DNA of 64,000 nt. Origin: an archaeon. Lineage in GTDB: Archaea > Methanobacteriota_B > Thermococci > Methanofastidiosales > NM3. Below, in pieces: positions 40,288-50,479 of the stretch (its first letter is position 1; every line of letters starts with the position of its first letter). The DNA is taken from positions 128,677 to 192,676 of the forward strand of contig RXIG01000001.1 of the NCBI GenBank assembly GCA_004212155.1. The letters are read 5' to 3'. The notes beneath the pieces are model-generated. The model searched no databases, was not told the DNA's origin, and saw only the letters and a program-made list of their open reading frames with translations. The position numbers and the translations under genes were made by a program.

Positions 40288-40925
40288 TATCGACGCACCT
40301 CCACCTTCACTGGTGTTCCCATCGTCGTTTTCATGTAAAGGGACCTTACGTGTGCAAGTCCTCGTTCGTACTTACGTTCGACAACGTTGAGGATTGCCAT
40401 GGCGTTCTCTGCGAGCTCGTCGTCTGGCATCTTCTCCGTGCCGATGAGGACCTGGATCACAGGTGCCTTCTTCATTTCTATCTTTACTGTCTTTTCGAGG
40501 TTCTTTACCATTGCTTCTAGAGGGGCGTTTGGTGGGAGCGGCTTAGGCATCTTACCCCGTGGGGCAAGGATGGGGCCAAGCAGTTTACCCACTTGAGGCA
40601 TAAGGTCTGCCTGAGCCAAGAAAAAGTCATGATCCTTGGCGAATCGCTTCGCTTCACGCTTGTCGCCTGCAAACTCCTCCAAGTCTTCGATGACGTCAAG
40701 ACCCAATTCTTTGGCATTGTAGGCTAGTTCTCGCTCTGCAATTACCGCGACCCGTATCGGTTTACCCCTTCCGTAGGGAAGGTTGACCTCTTGACGGATC
40801 TTGTTCTCAGGTTTCTTGATGTCGACTTCTTTGAGGTTTGCTATGATTTCGATCGACTGCGTGAAGTTTCGCGGCTTGGAGTTCTCCTTTGCCTCCTTCA
40901 CTCCTCGTGCCAATGCTTCATTCAC
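40287..40925 (-). CDS. rpl1: 50S ribosomal protein L1
   Basis: RNFTQSIE, LGPILAPRGKMP, KTTMG. Confidence 0.97.
   Translation of the reverse strand: MNEALARGVKEAKENSKPRNFTQSIEIIANLKEVDIKKPENKIRQEVNLPYGRGKPIRVAVIAERELAYNAKELGLDVIEDLEEFAGDKREAKRFAKDHDFFLAQADLMPQVGKLLGPILAPRGKMPKPLPPNAPLEAMVKNLEKTVKIEMKKAPVIQVLIGTEKMPDDELAENAMAILNVVERKYERGLAHVRSLYMKTTMGTPVKVEVRR
40861..40901 (-). promoter_or_regulatory. L1-binding autoregulatory mRNA structure
   Basis: GTGAAG-GA-GGC...GCC-GCGAAA-CTTCAC about 25 nt after the rpl1 start, same architecture as the Methanococcales L1 target. Confidence 0.8.
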
Positions 40926-40962
40926 GGATTCACCTCCGTATGAGAAGCTGATACGACCGTGT

Positions 40963-41433
40963 TCAGAAGTACTCGTCGTAGGCTCCTTCGTCGATTTCTT
41001 TCTGTACGTCCTTTATTTTCTTGTTGTCGACTGTGATATTCATGGGTACGCCTGCGCCAAGGACCTCCTTGGTCGCATGCTTCATGTCATATGAGAGGAC
41101 ATTGTCCATCTTCATCTTGGCGATCTTGACGGCCTGTTCGAACGTCAGATTCCCGCCTGTCTCGCTGCCGGGTTTCTGAGGGCCTCTCTCGATGCCAATC
41201 TCCTTCTTGATGAGTGCCGTTGTGGGTGGTGTGCCCACGGTGATCTCAAAGTTTCTCTTATCGTCGACGGTGACGGTGACGGGGACCTTCATCCCTGCGA
41301 AATCCTTCGTCTTCTCATTAATGGCCTGAACGACCTTGGGCACAGGAGCACCAAGCGGCCCAAGCGCAGGGCCCAGTGGCGGTCCAGCTGTCGCCTTTCC
41401 TCCGTCAACCAGTGTCTTTATCGATTGTGCCAT
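40963..41433 (-). CDS. rpl11: 50S ribosomal protein L11
   Basis: GGKATAGPPLGPALGP. Confidence 0.97.
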   Translation of the reverse strand: MAQSIKTLVDGGKATAGPPLGPALGPLGAPVPKVVQAINEKTKDFAGMKVPVTVTVDDKRNFEITVGTPPTTALIKKEIGIERGPQKPGSETGGNLTFEQAVKIAKMKMDNVLSYDMKHATKEVLGAGVPMNITVDNKKIKDVQKEIDEGAYDEYF

Positions 41434-41444
41434 TTGTCTCACCT

Positions 41445-41909
41445 TTATTCTTCATGACTCACTTTCTCAATGATTCGCACATAACTACCATTCACCGTGA
41501 CAGGAATCGGTATGGTGACCTCGAGCAGTTCGACGGTAAGTTCTTCCTTGTTCTCGTCGATGCGTACGACCTTGGCCCGCTCTCCCTTGAAAGGACCGGC
41601 GACAAGTTCGACGATATCACCAGGTTTGATGCCCTCGACGGCAGGCTTTTCCTCGAAGAAGTTTTCCACCTCTTCGAACGGCACATGGCCGGGCAGTATG
41701 CCGCGAACATGCCGTATGCCTTCGATTGCTTCCTGTACAGCTCCTTCGTCGATGGCTTCAATGAAAATATAGCCTTTTAAAGTTTCCGGTGCCAATATTG
41801 CAGATACTGCAATGTCTTTGTTACGTACCTTCTCTTCGAGCAACGTTGCAACGTTTCTCTCTTGATTCATCGTTGTTTTAAGAATAAAGAGCGGATAATC
41901 TTTTGTCAT
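41445..41909 (-). CDS. spt5: Transcription elongation factor Spt5
   Basis: KGYIFIEA; KOW motif GDIVELVAGPFKG. Confidence 0.95.
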   Translation of the reverse strand: MTKDYPLFILKTTMNQERNVATLLEEKVRNKDIAVSAILAPETLKGYIFIEAIDEGAVQEAIEGIRHVRGILPGHVPFEEVENFFEEKPAVEGIKPGDIVELVAGPFKGERAKVVRIDENKEELTVELLEVTIPIPVTVNGSYVRIIEKVSHEE

Positions 41910-41921
41910 GCTATTCACTCG

Positions 41922-42113
41922 TTAGAAAGTTGTTCCCTGTATCAAGGAAGATACGATCTTTACAAAGAATCCGATCACTGCCACCAACGCGATGCCGATG
42001 GCACATACCTTGGCGGTCTGGGAAAACTCCTTCCTGTCGGGTTTCTTGGTAAGTCTGAGTACCTTCTTGTAACCCCGTAATGTGTCTGTGAATCTCTTTT
42101 TGTCCATGTTCAT
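41922..42113 (-). CDS. secE: Protein translocase SecE/Sec61 gamma
   Basis: VLRLTKKPDRKEF plus TM helix; conserved position. Confidence 0.92.
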   Translation of the reverse strand: MNMDKKRFTDTLRGYKKVLRLTKKPDRKEFSQTAKVCAIGIALVAVIGFFVKIVSSLIQGTTF

Positions 42114-42154
42114 GCGGACTCACCTCTCTGTGTTAGGTCCCCGTTGGAGGAGGA

Positions 42155-43294
42155 TTATATAAAGTCTATGCCCAGATTGACCTTTCCGCGCCCCCCCTCT
42201 TCGCCTACGAGCATCTCGGTCTCGCGAGGTCCGAGGATGTATGGTGAGTTCACGCCCGACAGAACGAGAAGCACACGAACCGTCCCCTTAAGCGATTCGT
42301 CTATCTGGGCACCCCAGATGACCTGCGCTTCGGGGTCAAGCTCGTTTGAGACGGCCTCGACGATGCGTTCAGCCTCCTCGAGCTTAAGGTCGTTTGACCC
42401 TGTGATGTTGATGAGCGCTCCGCGGGCGCCAGTGATCTCGACATCGATAAGCGGTGAGTTAAGCGCCTCTTCGACCGATTCCATCGCCCTGTTCTCCGTA
42501 TCGGATTCGCCCATGCCGATCATGGCGACGCCGCCGTCGCACATGACGGACCTGACGTCCGCGAAGTCGAGATTGATGAGTCCCGGTTGGGTGATAAGGT
42601 CTGTAATGCCGCGCACCGACTGGATGAGTATGTCGTCAGACACCTTGAACGCTGCTCCGATTGGCAGCCCGGGTGCGAGTTCAAGGAGCTTGTCGTTTGG
42701 TATGACGATGACCGTGTCAGCCGATTTCCTGAGATTCTCAAGGCCCTGTTCCGCATTCCTCTGGCGCCTGATACCCTCTACGGTGAAGGGAAGCGTTACG
42801 ATGCCGACGGTCAGGGCATTTGACTTCTTCGCTATCTCCGCTATGATCGGTGCCGCGCCTGTGCCGGTGCCGCCCCCGAGTCCGCACGTGACAAATACCA
42901 TGTCGGACTTGTCGATCGCCTCACGGATCATACGTTCGTCTTCCCTGGCAGCCTGTTCACCAATCGATGGGTCGTTGCCAGCGCCTAGTCCTTTCGTGAT
43001 CTCCCTGCCTATGAGGATCTTCTTGTTCGCCTTGCACTTTTTCAGGTCTTGGGCGTCTGTGTTGATAGCGATGTCCTCGCTACCTTCAACCCCGACCTCG
43101 ATGAGTCGTGTAATGGCGTTGCAGCCTGCTCCGCCTACACCTACTACCTTGATGTGGGCTTGGCATTGTCGTATGATTTCTTCGAGTTCTTCGTCCTCGG
43201 CTGACGGGGCGTTTTCATATGTGAGCGCGCCCTCTTCCTCGGAAGCGCGCGCAACGGCATCTTCTATCAGTGACTTCAAGCTTTTTCCCTCCAA
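42155..43294 (-). CDS. ftsZ: Cell division protein FtsZ
   Basis: GVGGAGCN, GGGTGTG, NLDFADV. Confidence 0.98.
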   Translation of the reverse strand: MEGKSLKSLIEDAVARASEEEGALTYENAPSAEDEELEEIIRQCQAHIKVVGVGGAGCNAITRLIEVGVEGSEDIAINTDAQDLKKCKANKKILIGREITKGLGAGNDPSIGEQAAREDERMIREAIDKSDMVFVTCGLGGGTGTGAAPIIAEIAKKSNALTVGIVTLPFTVEGIRRQRNAEQGLENLRKSADTVIVIPNDKLLELAPGLPIGAAFKVSDDILIQSVRGITDLITQPGLINLDFADVRSVMCDGGVAMIGMGESDTENRAMESVEEALNSPLIDVEITGARGALINITGSNDLKLEEAERIVEAVSNELDPEAQVIWGAQIDESLKGTVRVLLVLSGVNSPYILGPRETEMLVGEEGGRGKVNLGIDFI

Positions 43295-43402
43295 TAAACG
43301 TCCGATGATTTTTAAAATATTTAATTATAGAATTTAATTTATAATATTTAAAGGTTTTTATATACCCAAACCTCAAAAACACACTTTTTTTATAATTCTT
43401 GT

Positions 43403-44200
43403 TTAAAAATCTTTTGTTTTGAATACTTTGATACCCATTTGCTCCAGGAGGTCCTTGTAGCTTGATCTTTGGGGCGTCCCCTTCCAGTCCAATATGGCCG
43501 CAGATGTCGGGCCGTTCTTTTCGATCATTTGGCGTGCCATGTCCATGCCGAGCGGGAACGCATACCGCGGGATTATGTGCCCTATGGACCACTCGGTCGC
43601 AAGGGCGACGTCGGTGATCTTGTAGGGATAGTGGCCCCCACCAACGCCGATGGCAACGGGGCTTTGGGCCTCTGTGTACCTCGTCGCGGTCATCGTGGCA
43701 TCGGCGACGACATATCCTGCCTTCTCGTCGGTCCACTGCTCCATGCTGCTGCCGATCTCTAAGAAGGTCGTTGGCACTTCCGTGTAAGGGCCATGGTGGG
43801 TCGCCTCGAACGACACGTCATAGGGCATGTCATCATTTTTCACATGGTCGCGCATGGTTCGAAGCCCAATGCTTTGAGCATGAGGATTGGCGGGACAAAG
43901 CGTTTTCTCGCGCCCCCCCAGGTCGGCGCTGCCGAAGTTTCCCGGGGCGTGGGTCGAGAGCGTCGGCACCCCCTTCTCCGAAGCATGGCGAGTGATAAAG
44001 AACAACGCTTCTACTGACGTGAACGTGCGCTCTATAGTGTCTGCGCTGATGGCGCGCAACCCAGTTATATGGAGCGTCACGTCCTTGTCAGCATGAACGT
44101 AGGTGTCATCCCCTTCCCGATCGAAGGGGAAGTGCTCGATGAGCTGTGTCGCTATGTTCATGCCAGCGGGGTCCTGCGACGATGCCACGATAAGGATCAT
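43403..44200 (-). CDS. dtdA: D-aminoacyl-tRNA deacylase (DTD2)
   Basis: DPAGMNI, HAPGNF, EATHHGP, EIGS, GGGHY. Confidence 0.92.
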   Translation of the reverse strand: MILIVASSQDPAGMNIATQLIEHFPFDREGDDTYVHADKDVTLHITGLRAISADTIERTFTSVEALFFITRHASEKGVPTLSTHAPGNFGSADLGGREKTLCPANPHAQSIGLRTMRDHVKNDDMPYDVSFEATHHGPYTEVPTTFLEIGSSMEQWTDEKAGYVVADATMTATRYTEAQSPVAIGVGGGHYPYKITDVALATEWSIGHIIPRYAFPLGMDMARQMIEKNGPTSAAILDWKGTPQRSSYKDLLEQMGIKVFKTKDF

Positions 44201-44495
44201 GGGCGAACATGTTATTCGCTCAATTAAAGGTTTGCCTTCTTTGCATGGTGGCATCAGCACCATTCATCCCGCTTTCGTTCATTATATCAATTATTGACAT
44301 GCCTTCTCAAGTGAATCGCTTTCCGGTCACCACTACAATATATAAGCGCCATATATGGGTCACCCCTGAATATTTGGCGTTTTTTCAGAGGCATTTGTAG
44401 CACTTCCCGAGGCCTATCACTGCCCAGGTGCACGGCGTCTCGAATACGATAACCTTTAAAGGAAGACATCGGTAATTATTACCATGGAGCCGAGC

Positions 44496-45659
44496 ATGAA
44501 GCGCGTATATCTTGATAATAGTGCGACTACAGCCGTGGATCGGGCGGTCATCGAGACCATGCTTCCCTACTTCGACAAGGCATATGGGAATGCTTCAAGT
44601 TTCCATTCGTTCGGACGCGAGGCGGCACGTGCCCTTGAATCCGCCCGGGACCAGGTAGCGACGCTCATAGGCGCCAAACCATCGGAGATCTACTTCACTG
44701 CGGGCGGCACTGAATCTGACAACATCGCCATTTTAGGCATTGCATACGCCAATCGCGACAAGGGCAATCACATCATCACATCAGCGATCGAGCACCCCGC
44801 TGTTCTCGAGACGTGCAGGCATCTTGAAGAAAGTGGATTCAAGGTCACCTACCTTCCCGTCGACATCGACGGCCGCGTGTCGCTTTCAGACCTGCGCGAT
44901 GCTATCACTGAAGAGACGATCCTTATCACCATCATGCATGCCAACAATGAGATCGGCACGATACAGCACGTCCGTGACATGGGCGCACTCGCACGCGACC
45001 GCAACATCGCATTCCATACGGATGCGGTGCAGTCCATAGGAAAGGTACCCCTTGATGTCGAGTTCAGCAACATCGACCTGCTTTCCATCTCGTCGCACAA
45101 GCTCCATGGCCCCAAGGGCGTGGGAGCGCTCTATGTGCGCGAGGGCACGGCCATAACGCCCGTCATCTTTGGCGGTGGCCATGAACGCGGTCTGCGCCCA
45201 TCGACAGAGAACGTCCCCGGCATCGTCGGGTTCGGCAAGGCATGCGAGATCGCGCACAATCGCCTTGACGAGGACATCGAGCACATGTCCTCGCTGAGGG
45301 ACAAGCTTATTAAGGGCATCCTTGATGCCATTCCCAAGTCAGTGCTCAACGGCCCGTGTTCGGACCGTCTTTGCAACAATGTCAACATATCATTTGAGGC
45401 CGTTGAAGGCGAGGCACTCATACTCGCCCTCGATCGCGTCGGCATAGCGGCATCGACAGGGTCGGCCTGTTCATCGAAGAAGTCGACCGCATCACATGTG
45501 CTCCTTGCGACCGGCCTTTCTGAACAGATGGCATACGGTTCCCTTCGCATATCGCTGAGCAGATTCACCACAGAGGATGATATTGGATACGTGCTTGAGA
45601 AGCTGCCACCCATCGTAGAGCGATTGCGTTCGATGTCACCATTATGGAAGGAGGAATGA
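44496..45659 (+). CDS. iscS: Cysteine desulfurase IscS/NifS
   Basis: YLDNSATT, DAVQ, SSHKLHGPKG, GSACSS. Confidence 0.95.
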   Translation: MKRVYLDNSATTAVDRAVIETMLPYFDKAYGNASSFHSFGREAARALESARDQVATLIGAKPSEIYFTAGGTESDNIAILGIAYANRDKGNHIITSAIEHPAVLETCRHLEESGFKVTYLPVDIDGRVSLSDLRDAITEETILITIMHANNEIGTIQHVRDMGALARDRNIAFHTDAVQSIGKVPLDVEFSNIDLLSISSHKLHGPKGVGALYVREGTAITPVIFGGGHERGLRPSTENVPGIVGFGKACEIAHNRLDEDIEHMSSLRDKLIKGILDAIPKSVLNGPCSDRLCNNVNISFEAVEGEALILALDRVGIAASTGSACSSKKSTASHVLLATGLSEQMAYGSLRISLSRFTTEDDIGYVLEKLPPIVERLRSMSPLWKEE

Positions 45660-45661
45660 AA

Positions 45662-46051
45662 ATGGGATACGAGTTCAACGAAAAGGTTATAGAACATTTT
45701 GAGAATCCGCGCAATGTCGGAGAGATAGAGGATGCCGACATCGTCGAAACAGTCGGTAGCCCCGTCTGCGGAGACATGCTCACCCTCTACATCAAGCTCA
45801 AGGACGACAAGGTAGAGGACGTGAAGTTCAAGACGTTCGGTTGCGGTGCCGCCATCGCCACCTCTTCCATCTTTACCGAGATGGTAAAGGGAAAGACAGT
45901 GGACGAGGCTCTCAAGATCACTAGCGACGTCGTGGTCGATGCGCTCGGCGGCCTTCCGGAAAAGAAGGTGCACTGTTCCCTGCTAGCACCCGATGCGTTC
46001 CACAATGCCATAGAAAAATACAAGAAGGAACATGATCCAAAAGAGCAGTGA
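45662..46051 (+). CDS. iscU: Fe-S scaffold IscU/NifU-N
   Basis: NPRNVG, CGD, GCG, KVHCS. Confidence 0.95.
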   Translation: MGYEFNEKVIEHFENPRNVGEIEDADIVETVGSPVCGDMLTLYIKLKDDKVEDVKFKTFGCGAAIATSSIFTEMVKGKTVDEALKITSDVVVDALGGLPEKKVHCSLLAPDAFHNAIEKYKKEHDPKEQ

Positions 46052-46538
46052 GACGCTCAAAGAGGTCGTCGAGCGATACAATGACGACCCCGTTGGATGG
46101 CACGTGACCGTGGGGCGCGACAAGAAGGGCAGAAGCGTGGTCATCTTTCACAAGGGCACGACAGTCTGGCATGTGAAGACCCATCATGTCACACCATATC
46201 ATGCCATCAGCGTCGGCGGAAGCGCCAAATCCAGGAAACCCCCGGGCGGCGGCTCTACACTGACGTTTGGATGGAGACCGCTTTCTTCATCCCTGATGAA
46301 ACGCATCCGACAGGATGTGGAAAGGGGCGGCACGGTGTCATCCGACGTGATACAAGAGATCTCTTCTATAGAACCACGTCCCCTCGATGACCTCCGCGAG
46401 GGTGTGCTACAGGGCCCCTTCTCATTTGCAGACAATCCTGTGCACGCCATCTCCAAGCGTCAAAAGCGCCTCGATGCCATGCTCTCTTCCGAGCTAGACA
46501 AGCTCGTGTTCAAGCAGGAAGGTTCCACCTACGGCTAA
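46032..46538 (+). CDS. Hypothetical protein
   Basis: 168 aa ORF overlapping the iscU 3' end, host-like codons. Confidence 0.7.
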   Translation: MIQKSSETLKEVVERYNDDPVGWHVTVGRDKKGRSVVIFHKGTTVWHVKTHHVTPYHAISVGGSAKSRKPPGGGSTLTFGWRPLSSSLMKRIRQDVERGGTVSSDVIQEISSIEPRPLDDLREGVLQGPFSFADNPVHAISKRQKRLDAMLSSELDKLVFKQEGSTYG

Positions 46539-47728
46539 TCCCTGAGATGGTCCTTGACGACAGCTGCGAGTCGTCGAATGCCCTCGCGTATCTTATCGTT
46601 GTCCATGTAGGCAAACGTAAGGCGCATGTAGTTGTGCCCACCGTTTACGAAGAACGCACCGCCCTGGACATAGGCCACGTTTTGCTTGATGGCGTCGGAA
46701 AACATCTCCTTCGCGTCGATATAGTCTGGCAAGGTGACCCATAGGAACATGCCCCCTTCTGGATGCGTCCATGTGACCTCGGGTGGGAAGTATTCCTCGA
46801 GTGCCTTGAGCATGATGTCGCGTTTCTCCTTGTACATCGTTGCAATCCACGGTATGTGGCGATCGATGAGTCCCCTTCGCAGAAGTTGATACGTAATGAG
46901 CTGCACGTACGAGTTTGAGCACAGATCGGTCGCTTGCTTGACGATGACAAGTTTTCGCACCACGTCCTTTGGGGCGCATATCCATGCGAGCCTGAATCCA
47001 GGAGAGAGGATCTTTGAAAACGATGAGAGGTAGATGGTGTGGTCGGGGGCGAACACCTTGACCGAGGCTATGTCCTCGCCCTCGAAGCGAAGCTTTGCAT
47101 ATGGATTGTCCTCCACAAGGAGCAGGTCGTATTCCCTGGCTATCTCCGCAAGCTCCTTTCGTTTCTCAAGGGAATAGGTGATGCCCGATGGGTTCTGGAA
47201 TGTGGGGATGATGTAGAAGAACTTTGGAGGTGTAGGGAGCGTGTCGAGCAGATGCCGCAGTACATCAAGGTCTGGCCCGTCGTCCTCGAGTGGCACCGTC
47301 TCAAACGATGCCTGGAAGAGCCGGAATGCAGAGAGGCCGCCAAGGTAGCTTGGTTCCTCGACGAGCACGGTATCACCCTTGTCAAGGAACGTCTTTGAAA
47401 CGAGCTCGAGGCCCTGCTGGCTTCCGCTCGTGATCAAGATGCTCTCCTCGTCGACCTGCACGCCGACGCTGCGCTCGCGCGCAGCCAAAAACTTTCTGAG
47501 TTCGATATATCCCTCTGTCGTGCCGTATTGGAGCGCCTGTTCGCCCTCGTTGAGCAGCACGCTTTGGGAGATACGAAATATGTCCTCTATGGGAAAAGAC
47601 TTAGGGTGAGGCAGGCCTCCTGCGAAGGAGATGACCTCCGGGCGCATGGTGAGCTTGAGGAGCTCGCGGATGTCGGATGCCTTGACACCATGTGCCCGTT
47701 CGGCGTAACGGCTTGTCCAATCGATCAT
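46535..47728 (-). CDS. PLP-dependent aminotransferase (LysN/ARO8-like)
   Basis: ISFAGGLP, GSQQGL, PTFQNPSG, SFSKILSPGFR. Confidence 0.92.
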   Translation of the reverse strand: MIDWTSRYAERAHGVKASDIRELLKLTMRPEVISFAGGLPHPKSFPIEDIFRISQSVLLNEGEQALQYGTTEGYIELRKFLAARERSVGVQVDEESILITSGSQQGLELVSKTFLDKGDTVLVEEPSYLGGLSAFRLFQASFETVPLEDDGPDLDVLRHLLDTLPTPPKFFYIIPTFQNPSGITYSLEKRKELAEIAREYDLLLVEDNPYAKLRFEGEDIASVKVFAPDHTIYLSSFSKILSPGFRLAWICAPKDVVRKLVIVKQATDLCSNSYVQLITYQLLRRGLIDRHIPWIATMYKEKRDIMLKALEEYFPPEVTWTHPEGGMFLWVTLPDYIDAKEMFSDAIKQNVAYVQGGAFFVNGGHNYMRLTFAYMDNDKIREGIRRLAAVVKDHLRD

Positions 47729-47938
47729 ATGATCCCCATCTTACTCTGGTGGCCACGCACATAAACTTTGTTGCTGAGTGTGGGCCGCACGTCCTTTTTC
47801 CCCTCCAATGCAACGGATGCGCACTGTTTTACAAGATTGTCAAAAGATGTAAGAAGTGGTGCTACCACCTCGCCACGAACCAATAATGAAAATTATTTAT
47901 ACCTTCCCCCTTGAGTAAGGACTGACAGTGATCGTCCT

Positions 47939-49171
47939 ATGCAGGTACATCAAGAGAACAGATGCAGCATTTGCAAGGGCCACAAGCACCTCTGTGGCCG
48001 CAGCGAGTGTCCCATCCTCCAGAGGGTCAGGATCAGGTCCTCGATACTCCCCAAGCTCTCCCAGGACATCTTCGGTTCGTCGCCATCCTCTATATTCGTG
48101 GGCAGCTGGAACTACCCCAAGGTCTACGTTGGTCCCCTCGTACCGCCCGTCATCGGCGATACGTCAGACATGGACCACCCTGAATCATGGTTTGGCAAGT
48201 CGCTTTCCGACATCATCGAGTTCCGTTCGAGCATGGTGCGTTCCAAGGACTCCCACGACGTCAACGCAGTGAGGGATCCAAATCGTTCGATCATGCTTAT
48301 GCAAGAGATCGTCATGTCCGACAAGCCCGTTGACACAGAGCTCTCGCTGGAGAAGAAACCCCGTTTCTCGTTCAAGTTCAACGAGTTCTCCCCGCCCTAC
48401 GGACCCAGCGAGGTCATGCGCAAGCTCGATGTCACACAGAATCCTCACATACCCCGCGTGGTCGACTCCGTCCACAACGACGAGCTCGCCGCCAGCGACG
48501 GCATCAGGCGCCTCTACGAGAAGGAGATCGAGGTATCGCACATATCAAAGATGCTCTCCGCAGGCATACTGGGCGACCCGAAGCGCAGGAAGTTCGTCCC
48601 GACGCGATGGTCGATCACGGCCACAGACGACATCATCTCCAAGCAGATGATCGACGATATCCGTACGTATCCGCAGATCTCAGATACCCTCATCTTCCAC
48701 GCCCATGATGTGGGGAACACGCTTGCAGCAGTGCTCGTCCCTGGCATATGGTCGTACGAGTTCCTTGAGTGCTGGCTTCCGGGCGCCCTGTTCTCGGGTG
48801 GTTCGGCCGTGCCCCAGATCATCTCCGACTGGGAATACTACCAGGGCCGTAAGACATATGCGAAGATTATTGCAGGCGCGTACTACGCCGGGCGCCTTCC
48901 GGTAGCCGAATATCTCGAGCACGTGGGGCGCCAGGCCACATGCTTTGTCATTATGGAAGTGGATCCCTCATACCACACCCCTATAGGCGTATGGCGCATA
49001 CGAACCATCCTGCGCGAGGCGTTCTCGGCACGCCCTGTCTCGTGCGAATCGACACACGAGGCGTTTAGCTACCTCTCATCCGTTCTTCACTTGCCAGGCA
49101 CTGACTACATGGATGCGTCGCAACTCCTTCATTTCTCCGAGCGCCAGAAGGTGCTTGATGAGTGGTTATAA
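47939..49171 (+). CDS. nreA: Nre-family DNA repair protein
   Basis: N-terminal CSICKG..LCG...CP, PTRWSITATD, GAYYAGR, C-terminal PIP-like QKVLDEWL. Confidence 0.9.
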   Translation: MQVHQENRCSICKGHKHLCGRSECPILQRVRIRSSILPKLSQDIFGSSPSSIFVGSWNYPKVYVGPLVPPVIGDTSDMDHPESWFGKSLSDIIEFRSSMVRSKDSHDVNAVRDPNRSIMLMQEIVMSDKPVDTELSLEKKPRFSFKFNEFSPPYGPSEVMRKLDVTQNPHIPRVVDSVHNDELAASDGIRRLYEKEIEVSHISKMLSAGILGDPKRRKFVPTRWSITATDDIISKQMIDDIRTYPQISDTLIFHAHDVGNTLAAVLVPGIWSYEFLECWLPGALFSGGSAVPQIISDWEYYQGRKTYAKIIAGAYYAGRLPVAEYLEHVGRQATCFVIMEVDPSYHTPIGVWRIRTILREAFSARPVSCESTHEAFSYLSSVLHLPGTDYMDASQLLHFSERQKVLDEWL

Positions 49172-49227
49172 CTCAATTTTGCATAATTACCCAAAAGTTT
49201 ATTAATCTACGTTCGCGAGCCTCTCCC

Positions 49228-49737
49228 ATGGAAACGCGCGACATAGCCATACGCGCTGCATTCACAGCACTCGTGTTCATCGCAACGGCCGTCATACCCC
49301 CCCTACCCATCGCGGCATCGGGAGGTTATCTCAACTTTGGCGATACGGCCGTTTATATCACCGCGCTGCTTTTTGGCAGCTACACGGGTGCGTTCGCTGG
49401 CGGCGTCGGCTCTGCGCTTGCAGACCTGTTTCTCGGATTCGGCGCCTTTGCCCCTGTGACGTTGATCGTGAAGGGCACTGAAGGATTTGTCGTGGGCTAC
49501 CTGGGAAAGAGTGCGGGTACCACCACTCGCATCATCGCCCTGGCGCTTGGCGGTGTCGTGCTCGTCGCTGGCTACTTCGTCTTCGAGGTCGCAATGTTCG
49601 GATACCCTGCCGCCATAGGCGAGGTGCCGTTTAACATGCTTCAATTCGCCGTGGGCGCGATGATCGCAATCGCCGTGGTAAGGACGGTCGAGTCGCGCCT
49701 CAACATAGACACGACTGATGATGGGCCCCGTCCGTGA
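49228..49737 (+). CDS. ECF transporter S component
   Basis: GYLNFGD, GGVGSALAD, TLIVKG.EG. Confidence 0.88.
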   Translation: METRDIAIRAAFTALVFIATAVIPPLPIAASGGYLNFGDTAVYITALLFGSYTGAFAGGVGSALADLFLGFGAFAPVTLIVKGTEGFVVGYLGKSAGTTTRIIALALGGVVLVAGYFVFEVAMFGYPAAIGEVPFNMLQFAVGAMIAIAVVRTVESRLNIDTTDDGPRP

Positions 49738-49808
49738 TGCGTGATGGTGCATTCTAAGAAAAGCGGACAGCCCACCTGGCGACTGTCACACGTGGGTCGT
49801 GGCATCGC

Positions 49809-50285
49809 TTATTCCTTCTCGTTTTCACAGTGATGAAGGCCCGTCTCTTCATATATCTTGTAATGTTCAAGCCAGAAGGGGGACTCTGGGGCTGTTTCAA
49901 CGAACCTGACAAAGGTTCTGAGCTTTTCTATGGTAACGGGGTGCAAATGGTGTTCCATGATGCATGCGTCATCATCAGCCACCGAGGGGGGAACACCTAT
50001 GATCTCTAGAAACGTGCGTATTATCGTATGGCGTCGCTGAACGGCCTTTGCAACCTCCTTTCCCTTCCTCGTAAGCTTGACACCCTCGTATTTCTTGTGC
50101 ACCACGAGTCCCTCGTCATGGAGGCGTTTGAACATCTCGGCCACGCTGGCGGGGGTCACGTCAAGGGACGCGGCAACGTCCTTGGTGCGTGCATGGCCCT
50201 TCTCGCTCACGATGGCCAGAATTGCCTCGAGATAATCCTCGAACTTCCTGCTGTAGGGGTGTTGTTCAATCATTTTCATCCACAT
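49809..50285 (-). CDS. DtxR/MntR family metal-dependent repressor
   Basis: EDYLEAI, LT..G, RH, ACIMEHHL. Confidence 0.92.
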   Translation of the reverse strand: MWMKMIEQHPYSRKFEDYLEAILAIVSEKGHARTKDVAASLDVTPASVAEMFKRLHDEGLVVHKKYEGVKLTRKGKEVAKAVQRRHTIIRTFLEIIGVPPSVADDDACIMEHHLHPVTIEKLRTFVRFVETAPESPFWLEHYKIYEETGLHHCENEKE

Positions 50286-50479
50286 GGGGCTAATGTTTTA
50301 AAGGTTCGGCTTCCCAAACAATATTTATCATACATTTAAAAATGTGAGGGGCGATGAGTGGATTATAAAACGCATGTGACCAAAATCGGTCAATATACTG
50401 CATTATGATACGAGTTATGAATATATATTCATAAAATTTATAAATGTTTCCGCCATACCCCGCTCAAGGAGGAACCTCT

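Noticed and set aside
42144-43337. 397-aa plus-strand ORF
   Set aside because: Antisense shadow of ftsZ caused by codon bias; no motifs
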